Below are positions 50,494-64,000 of a stretch of DNA of 64,000 nucleotides, piece after piece. The stretch's first letter is position 1. The number at the start of each line of letters is the position of its first letter. The stretch lies in NCBI RefSeq assembly GCF_009914755.1, contig NC_060931.1; one strand, written 5' to 3'. Below the pieces are notes generated by a model, which saw nothing but the letters and a program-made list of their open reading frames with translations, did no database searches and was not told the origin of the DNA. Source of the stretch: the human T2T-CHM13v2.0 reference genome, Homo sapiens. A program made the position numbers and the translations under genes.

Positions 50494-51228
50494 TTTCCTT
50501 GCTTTGTATTTTATCTGGTGTTCATGTATCTGCTGCATATTAAATAATGAATGGGTTTTAATTTGTGATTTAAAGGAACTTAAATAGTCTAGTGAGGTAA
50601 ACTAACCACAATACAGTGGTATGTGTGCTTTGAGGTTACAGAAGAGGGAACAATTGATTTTTGTGCAGGAAAGACGAAAAAAGGCAGTCAGGGACAGGTT
50701 GACTGAGGAGATATGTGTAAAAGAGAGAAAGCGGCATGGTACTGGAGGCAGCACCATGAGCAGAGGCCAGGCGTGGAGGGGTCTGATGTCAATGGGGAAT
50801 GATTCTCAGGGGGTCAGGCTGCATGGGAGGAGTGCTGGGAGGTGAAGGTAAAGGTGGAAGATGAGCAGGAGACAGTGAAGGAAGGGTGCCCTGGGCCCCT
50901 GTTCTTTAAAAGCCCCTTCACATGTTTCCATGTGATTGCCCCAGCAGTGCTGTGAGAGAGAACTTGCAGGTGTCCCTTTTTCCTTTGCATTTTGTCTCCA
51001 GTCTGTCTTCTTCCTTTTGTAATTTCTACTCTAATTACTTGTGAAGAAGGGTTTGATTATCATTATCTCTATTTTGTGGATGACAGAACTGAAGCTTAAT
51101 GATTTATCTAGTGCCATGTGACTAAGAAAAAACTGATTCCAGACTAGAGCCCAGGTCTTCTGACTCTAATACACCAGGCTTCTTTTACATTAATTCAATG
51201 CCATCTTCTCTTCTACTTTTTCTATTCA

Positions 51229-51575
<347 letters not shown>

Positions 51576-52862
51576 GTTACAAGTTTGGTAGAAAAATGGC
51601 ATAAACTTGAGTTACCGAATAAGAATATATAATTTGAAGAAATTTGCTTTCTTTGTTCCTCATCATGGGTGGTCTAAACAGATTATAAACATGAACTTGA
51701 TGAATCTAAAAGATAAATAGTTTAGCCAACAATGATTTCCTGATTTATAGGTCTGAGAAGTTTGGAACTTGGTAACTTCAATTTTTTATTTTGTTTTATT
51801 TCATTTTAACTCTTTATTATGAAAAATTTCAAACATATCCAAAATAGAGACTGCTATATTGAGCCCTCAAGTGCCCATCACTCAGCTTCAACAGTGAGCT
51901 CATAGCAGTCTAATTTCATATATACCCTCCACACATTCCTGCTCTCAGATATTTCTGAAGCAAAGCCGAGACATCATTTCATTTAACTTGAACCTTTACA
52001 GATGTTTTGCTTTAGTTTAACTTGTGCTCCTGTCTCCATTTGTGTTCTAGGCATTAGGTCCAGTTCTTGGTATGGGTTTTTTTGAAGTTCACTGCTCCTT
52101 TAAGTAGTGAGTATCAGCTGACTTTCAAAGATTGTCAGCTGTGTATACCATATTCTTCTTGCCATTTGCTACTCGTTAGTGGGTCTGGTGCCAGCCCCTA
52201 ACGTGCAGCTAGGAAAAGGTGTTCCCATGTTGATGCTCTGACCATGAGCTGACATAAGAATGGCTCTTGCAACAATGGTTTCATTTAGGTCAGATTTGAA
52301 GTCTGTACTGCATGGCAAAGCTGTCATTCAAAATCAGTCTCTGTGCATTTATTCATTGGCAAGTTCAAGCATGTGATAAAATTATTTTTCCTTTTGCTAA
52401 CAGGCTAGAAGTAAATGGAGAAACCAGATACAGACTGGACTTTAGTCAGCAGGCACAGTGGTATTGGCTGTTGCTGTTTGCCACGTTGGTTGGCATCATG
52501 AATGGGTATGAGAGGCAAGGAACTAGTGATTAACAAAGGAAAGACAGCTTTTAGGGGCGTTGTTACATTCCTGTAATTTATCTTTTGCTAGGACATGTCC
52601 CCAGCATCTCTTTGGACCTAGAATATAGCCATGTTCCTGATTATAACAGCAGGGTGTGGTGAATGTGCTCTTGAGTGTGTGTACCTGGGCCTGTGTGTGT
52701 GCACTGGGTGTTGGGCATGGCCTTGCTGGCTGCTGACCTCTGTATCTCTACTTTTGTTGACTGATCCTGTTTTTGGTTAGCAATCTTAGTTTATAAAATT
52801 TGCAAATATGTAAGTATAGAAATGTAATGTCAGCACTCTCTTCTCTAAGGCATTATTTCTAG

Positions 52863-53351
<489 letters not shown>

Positions 53352-53420
53352 TAGCTCTATAAATGTCCTAGTTGAGAAAATATTGATCTGCTGTCTGAAA
53401 ATACAGCAAAGTGGAGTTTA

Positions 53421-53816
<396 letters not shown>

Positions 53817-53976
53817 TTAGTATATAAGGGTAATGATCAGGCCAGCTTTTACTGTACTTCTTAAATCAAAGGACTACCTTTTTTTAGAATTTGAGAAGAA
53901 TTAGTATGAAGGTGTGAGTGGAGCCTCAAACACTATAGTCTCTTATCTAGAAAAAGGTACTTCCCAGTTTGGTTAG

Positions 53977-54292
<316 letters not shown>

Positions 54293-55135
54293 CAGGTACC
54301 TGTTTTTTTGTAGGTTCAGTATACACTGTGAGCTGGTGCTCTGCTAAGTATGCTCTGGTAGAGGATGGGACATAGGCAAATCTCTGGGCTTCAGGCATTC
54401 AACATCTTTTGGACTAAGTAAAATATATATGATTTGATGAATAGTGACCTTTGAAGAATAGGTAAGATTTAGAGAAGTCACGAGGAGAATGTGCTACTTG
54501 GGCCTCAGTTTGTACATCTATAAAATGAGAGCATTATACGTAGATGATCTAAAGACCCCTCTTAGGACTGATTCTGCAAGTTAAGAAACATCCAAAGAGA
54601 GAAAATTAGGCTTCACAAGCGTAATGAAAACTAATGAGAATGTTTTTGGAGAAGCCAAAATCCCTTTGTTTTCCCTTTTTGGTATCCCTTACAAGGCCTT
54701 TGATCATTTACTTGTATTCAGATATCTTGAAGGGCTATGGAACATACTCTCCCCCTATTAATTAACATGCATTTAGCGAATGCCTTTTAATGTTTAATTT
54801 AAAATACAGCAAAAATTAAAACTTGAAGAGAATCACTCAAATTTGTGTCCGTTGACAACTAACAAGTATGCTTGAATATATGGCAAGGTATTCTTTGCCC
54901 TAAATTATCCCTTAGTAAAGAGGGAGTTGCCTTCATTTGAGTCCTTATGAAATCTCTGAAGGTGAGGGGTGCCTTCTCAATTACTTTGAACAACAAACTA
55001 CTGTTTTGGGATGATAAGCTATTATCATCAATTAGTGCTACTTTTTGGATGCCTATAGGGATTTCCTGACAGAAGCAGTGGAAAAACAGGCGGAGAAATT
55101 TAACACAGTTTGGTGTTGGATGCCTTAAAATAAGC

Positions 55136-55437
55136 TTTTTTTTTTTTTTTTTTTTTTTGAGATGGAGTCTCACTCTGTCGCCCAAGCTGGAGTGCAGTGG
55201 TGCAGTCTCAACTCACTGCAACCTCCGCCTCCTGGGTTCAAGCAATTTTCTGCCTCAGCCTCCCGAGTAGCTGGGATTACAGGCACCCGCCATGATGCCT
55301 GGCTAATTTTTGTATTTTTAGTAGAGACGGGGTTTCACCATCTTGGTCAGGCTGGTCTTGAACTCCTGACCTTGTGATCTACCCGTCTCGGCCTCCCAAA
55401 GTGCTGGGATTACAGGCGTGAGCCACTGCGCCCAGCC
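55136..55437 (-). mobile_element. AluS; a further Alu monomer (-) at ~55510-55660
   Basis: TSD aaaataagc. Confidence 0.88.
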
Positions 55438-57009
55438 CAAAATAAGCCTTTAAGTGACCATTTGGAAAACAAATACCAGGCTTTCAGCAGAGGAATGGCA
55501 CAATCTTTTTGTTTAATTAATTAATTAATTAATTTAGTTAGTTTTTAGAGCTGGGGTGTGGCTCTGTTGCCCAGACTGGAGGGCAGTGGTGTGATCATGG
55601 CTCACTGCGGCGTCGACCTCCTGGATATCAGCAATCCTCCCACCTCAGCTTCCCCAGTCCTTTTGTTTTATAAAAACAAGGACCCCTCTGGATGCCGAGT
55701 TGAGAATAGACTCTAATGGGCAGCAGTAGAAGTAAGGATACCTGTCAGTAATCCTGGTGCAAGATGCTGGCAGTGGTAGTGGATGTGTTGAGAAGTAGTC
55801 TGATTCTGACTGTATTTTGAAAGTAGAGCCAACAGATTTTTTTTTTTTTTCTCAGATTTGGATGTTGGGTATGAGAAAGAGATGAATCAAATATTTATTA
55901 AATCCTTTATAATCAAGCACACTTCACCCTCCCTTACCTAACAATTCCTCTTCTAAAATTTAGTTTAAGAAAACAATCGTGTGTAAAGATGTTTGTAAAT
56001 ACAAGAATAGTTATCATAGTAATATATCACAGTAATGAAGATTTAAAAACATGCAAATAATAATGGAGAATCAGCCAAATAAATGCTGGTAAATCCTTTC
56101 AGTAGAGTACTATGCAGGCATTAAAATGATCTACAAGTATGTTTTTGGACAAGGAAATGCATTACAAGTATATTTCCAGGTTTAGTTTTTGTATGTATTT
56201 TGCTGGGAATTTGAGGTTTCTTTTTTTGTTTTTCAAAATTAGTTTTCAATACTGGGAGTATTTTAATGGGAAGTCATTAGAGGGTATCAGAAACTATTGG
56301 CTGCTTCTTTAGTAATGTAGAAGGCTTTCATGTTAACTTTTGATTGGTGAATATTTTGTATCTCTACTTTCAAAGGTAGTTACCTTGTTTTCCTACAATC
56401 AAATTGTTGTTAAGGAAATTTTATTTTCTTGCTCTCTTTCAGCAAATCAACTAAGGTAATTTTTGAAAGAAGTTGAATCATTTATTACCTGTTGCATTCT
56501 GACATGTATCAGAAGTTGGCAAGTTAAGTGTAATTTAAAATAGTACAAAATTTTATCAAAAAGCTTTGCCATTTCAGAGTAGTTATTTATCTTCCCTCAT
56601 GTATCATATATGTAACCCCCTAAATAAATGGAATATACTAGAAGAATCATTCCTGTATAACTGTATAAATGGTTGAAATGAAATCAACCATATTGGATCC
56701 ATAAGCTTATTGGATCCATAAGAACACTTCTCTTTGGTTCACTGAGTGAGTTTGGTTTGCTTTGTTCAGATTTTAAATCAATTTTTATTTAAGTGTTCAT
56801 AAGATGGAAAATACAAGACTTTTTCTAGGATCATTCCTCTGCTATAAATTATTTGCTTCATATATTTCTATCACACCGAATCTATTATCTGTTCAATCAC
56901 AAACATTAATTGGAAAATTGAGGATCAGAAACTCCTGTTCTTGGTTCTCTCCTGCCATCTGTCTTCCTCCTTCCCCCAGTGTTTCCCCTCAAATCTCTTG
57001 TGATTAAAA

Positions 57010-58442
<1,433 letters not shown>

Positions 58443-60011
58443 TGTGTCTGGAATTGGTGGGTTCTTGGTCTCACTGACTTCAAGAATGAAGCCGCGGACC
58501 CTCGCGGTGAGCGTTAAGCTCTTAAGGTGGTGCGTCTGGAGTTTGTTCCTTCTGACATTCGGCTGTGTTCGGAGTTTCTTCCTTCTGGTGGGTTCATGGT
58601 CTCGCTGGCTCAGGAGTGAAGCTGCAGACCTTCACGGTGAGTGTTACAGCTCTTAAGGCAGCGCGTCTGGAGCTGTTCGTTCCTCCCGGTGGGCTTGTGG
58701 TCTCGCTGGCTTCAGGAGTGAAGCTGCAGATCTTCGTGGTGAGTGTTACAGCTCATAAAAGCAGTGTGGACCCAAAGAGTGAGCAGTAGCAAGATTTATT
58801 GCAAAGAGCGAAAGAACAAAGCTTCCACAGTGTGGAAGGGGACCCGAGCGGGTTGCCACTGCTGGCTTGGGCAGCCTGCTTTTTATTCTTTTATCCGGCC
58901 CCACCCACATCCTGCTGATTGGTAGAGCCGAGTGGTCTGTTTTGACAGGGCGCTGATTGGTGTGTTTACAATCCCTGAGCTAGATACAAAGGTTCTCCAC
59001 GTCCTCATCAGATTAGTTAGATACAGTGTATCGACACAAAGGTTCTCCAAGGCCCCACCAGAGCAGCTAGATACAGAGTGTCGATTGGTGCATTCACAAA
59101 CCCTGAGCTAGACACAGGGTGCTGATTGGTGCGTTTACAAACCTTGAGCTAGATACAGAGTGCCGATTGGTGTATTTACAATCCCTGAGCTAGACATAAA
59201 GGTTCTCCAAGGCCCCACCAGAGCAGCTAGATACAGAGTGTCGATTGGTGCACTCACAAACCCTGAGCTAACCACAGGGTGCTGATTGGTGTGTTTACAA
59301 ACCTTGAGCTAGATACAGAGTGCTGATTGGTGTATTTACAATCCCTGAGCTAGACATAAAGGTTCTCCACGTCCCCACCAGACTCAGGAGCCCAGCTGGC
59401 TTCGCCCAGTGGATCCCGCACCGGGGCTGCATGTGGAGCTGCCTGCCAGTCCCATGCTGTGCGCTCGCACTCCGCAGGCCTTGGGTGGTTGATGGGACTG
59501 GGTGCCGTGGAGCAGGGGGTGGCACTTGTCAGGGAAGCTGGGGTGGCACAGGAGCCTATGGAGGGGGTGGGAGGCTCAGGCATGGCGGGCTGCAGGTCCT
59601 GAGCCCTGCCCCGTGGGAAGGCAGCTAAGTCCCAGCTAAGGCTGGCACTGCTGGGGGACCCAGTACACCCTCTGCAGCCGCTAGCCTGGGTGCTAAGCCC
59701 CTCATTGCCCGGGGCCGGCAGGGCCAGCCAGCTGCTCCGAGTGCGGGGCCCGCCAAGTCCACGCCCACCCGGAACTCCAGCTAGCCCGCAAGCACCACGG
59801 GCAGCACTGGTTCCCGCTCGCGCCTCTCCCTCCACACCACCCTGCAAGCTGAGGGAGCCGGCTCCAGCCTTGGCCAGCCCAGAAAGGGGCTCCCACAGTG
59901 CAGCGGTGGGCTGAAGGGCTCCTCAGGTGCCACCAAAGTGGGAGCCCAGGCAGAGGAGGCGCCCAGAGCGAGCAAGGGCTGTGAGGACTGCCAGCACGCT
60001 GTCATCTCTCA
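58443..60011 (-). mobile_element. LTR12C (HERV9) full-length solo LTR
   Basis: Reverse strand starts tgagagatgacagcgtgctggcagtcctcacagccc and ends gagaccaagaacccaccaattccagacaca (TG...CA). 4-bp TSD ctat at 58439-58442 and 60012-60015; tandem CCAAT/GATA subrepeats. Confidence 0.95.
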
Positions 60012-60015
60012 CTAT

Positions 60016-61790
<1,775 letters not shown>

Positions 61791-61898
61791 AAATTGGAGA
61801 AAGTAACTCCATGCATGAAATATTCAAATCAGTGATACCTGACTACGTCTATCATAAAATTCATATCTTTAACTTGACCTACAAGATTTGTGATCTGA

Positions 61899-63083
<1,185 letters not shown>

Positions 63084-63295
63084 GGAAGCTTTCTTTTTTT
63101 GAATCTGTAATATGGTTTTACTTTCTTTAACCAAAATGTTATTGTATAATAGGATCGACTCTTCTCTGTTTTCTACATTATTCTCTTTTCTTGCCATTGT
63201 TTCCTTTTCTTTCTACCTGGCTCCTTTTGAATTGAACATTAGGATATCATCTTAAGTGTGTCTTTTAACATAATGGATGCAATGTTCTGCATAGA

Positions 63296-63417
63296 TTTTT
63301 TTTTTTTTTTTTTTTTGAGACAGAGTCTTGCTCTGTCGCCCAGACTGGAGTACAATGGCGCGAACTCGGCTCGCTGCAAGCTCCGCCTCCCGGGTTCACG
63401 TCACGCCATTCTCCTGC
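63296..63417 (-). mobile_element. Severely 5'-truncated AluY
   Basis: T run plus about 100 bp of right arm; flanked by ctgcataga. Confidence 0.87.
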
Positions 63418-63726
63418 ATAGACATTTTAATGCTATATTGCCACCAATTATCTTAATACTTTTTTCTTTGCAGTTTTTTCTTATTAAGCTGATATTTTAA
63501 TCTCAACCTAGTCTTTGTGATTCTTTGTTGAAGCTTTATATAGTGCCTGGCACAAAACTATGTGCTCAAACATATATTGAATGAATGATTAAAAGAGTAT
63601 ACACATGAATAAATAAGAACCAGTTCTTAGTTGGTGTATTCTACTGAGACTGTCAAAGTACTTCTCTAGTAATGAATTCCTTTTTTAAAAAAAAGCTGTA
63701 TTGAAGTGTAATTTATATATATAGTA

Positions 63727-64000
63727 TGTGAACTTCCAAAATCTGAGACAGGTATCAGTTAGTTTAGAAAGTTTATTTTGCCAAGGTTGGGGAACACGCC
63801 TGTGAAGCAGCCTCAGGAAGTCCTGATGACGTGTGCCCAAGGTAGTTGAGATACAGCTTGGTTTTATACATTTTAGGGAGACATGAGACATCAATCAATA
63901 TATGTAAGAAGTACATTGGTTCCGTTTGGAAAGGTGGGACAGCTCGAAGCAAAGGCAGGAAGACTTGAAGCGGGGAAGGGGCTTCCAGGTCACTGATAGG
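63727..64000 (-). mobile_element. MER4A-type ERV1 LTR (cut by the window end)
   Basis: tgtgaacttccaaaatctgagacagg...tttagaaagtttattttgccaaggttg...cttggttttatacattttagggagacatgagacatcaatc. Confidence 0.8.

Noticed and set aside
58915-59370. Regularly spaced repeats superficially like a CRISPR array
   Set aside because: These are LTR12 U3 subrepeats: the spacers are themselves repeated, the context is eukaryotic, and there are no cas genes.

Overview
This is primate (almost certainly human) genomic DNA and is extremely Alu-rich: roughly 100 Alu copies or fragments, many nested, over older MaLR/ERV LTRs, L1M, L2 and MER DNA transposons. I find no credible protein-coding exon. Nearly all ORFs in the supplied track are translated Alu, microsatellite, L1/LTR or GC-rich CpG-island sequence. 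The one clear gene feature is a CpG-island promoter (~33.0-34.0 kb) with an RFX X-box, a CRE-like site, GC boxes and a CCAAT box. It drives a + strand non-coding first exon ending at a strong donor (CCCAG|GTAAGG, 33612/33613), followed by more than 30 kb of intron. From memory the exon matches the 5'UTR of TPST1 (tyrosylprotein sulfotransferase 1, 7q11.21); this is unverified by alignment. The intron holds a full-length antisense solo LTR12C (58443-60011, 4-bp TSD). I cannot support a wholly new biological system here. The best leads are hypotheses about 5'-end regulation of this gene: a uORF start in exon 1, a candidate 13-nt UGC-type microexon at 56443-56455 that would re-frame that uORF, candidate upstream exons near 27.0 and 30.6 kb, the antisense LTR12C promoter, and a GGAA microsatellite inside an inverted repeat about 12 kb upstream. 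Repeat boundaries are read by eye (about +/-10-20 bp) and subfamily calls are tentative.
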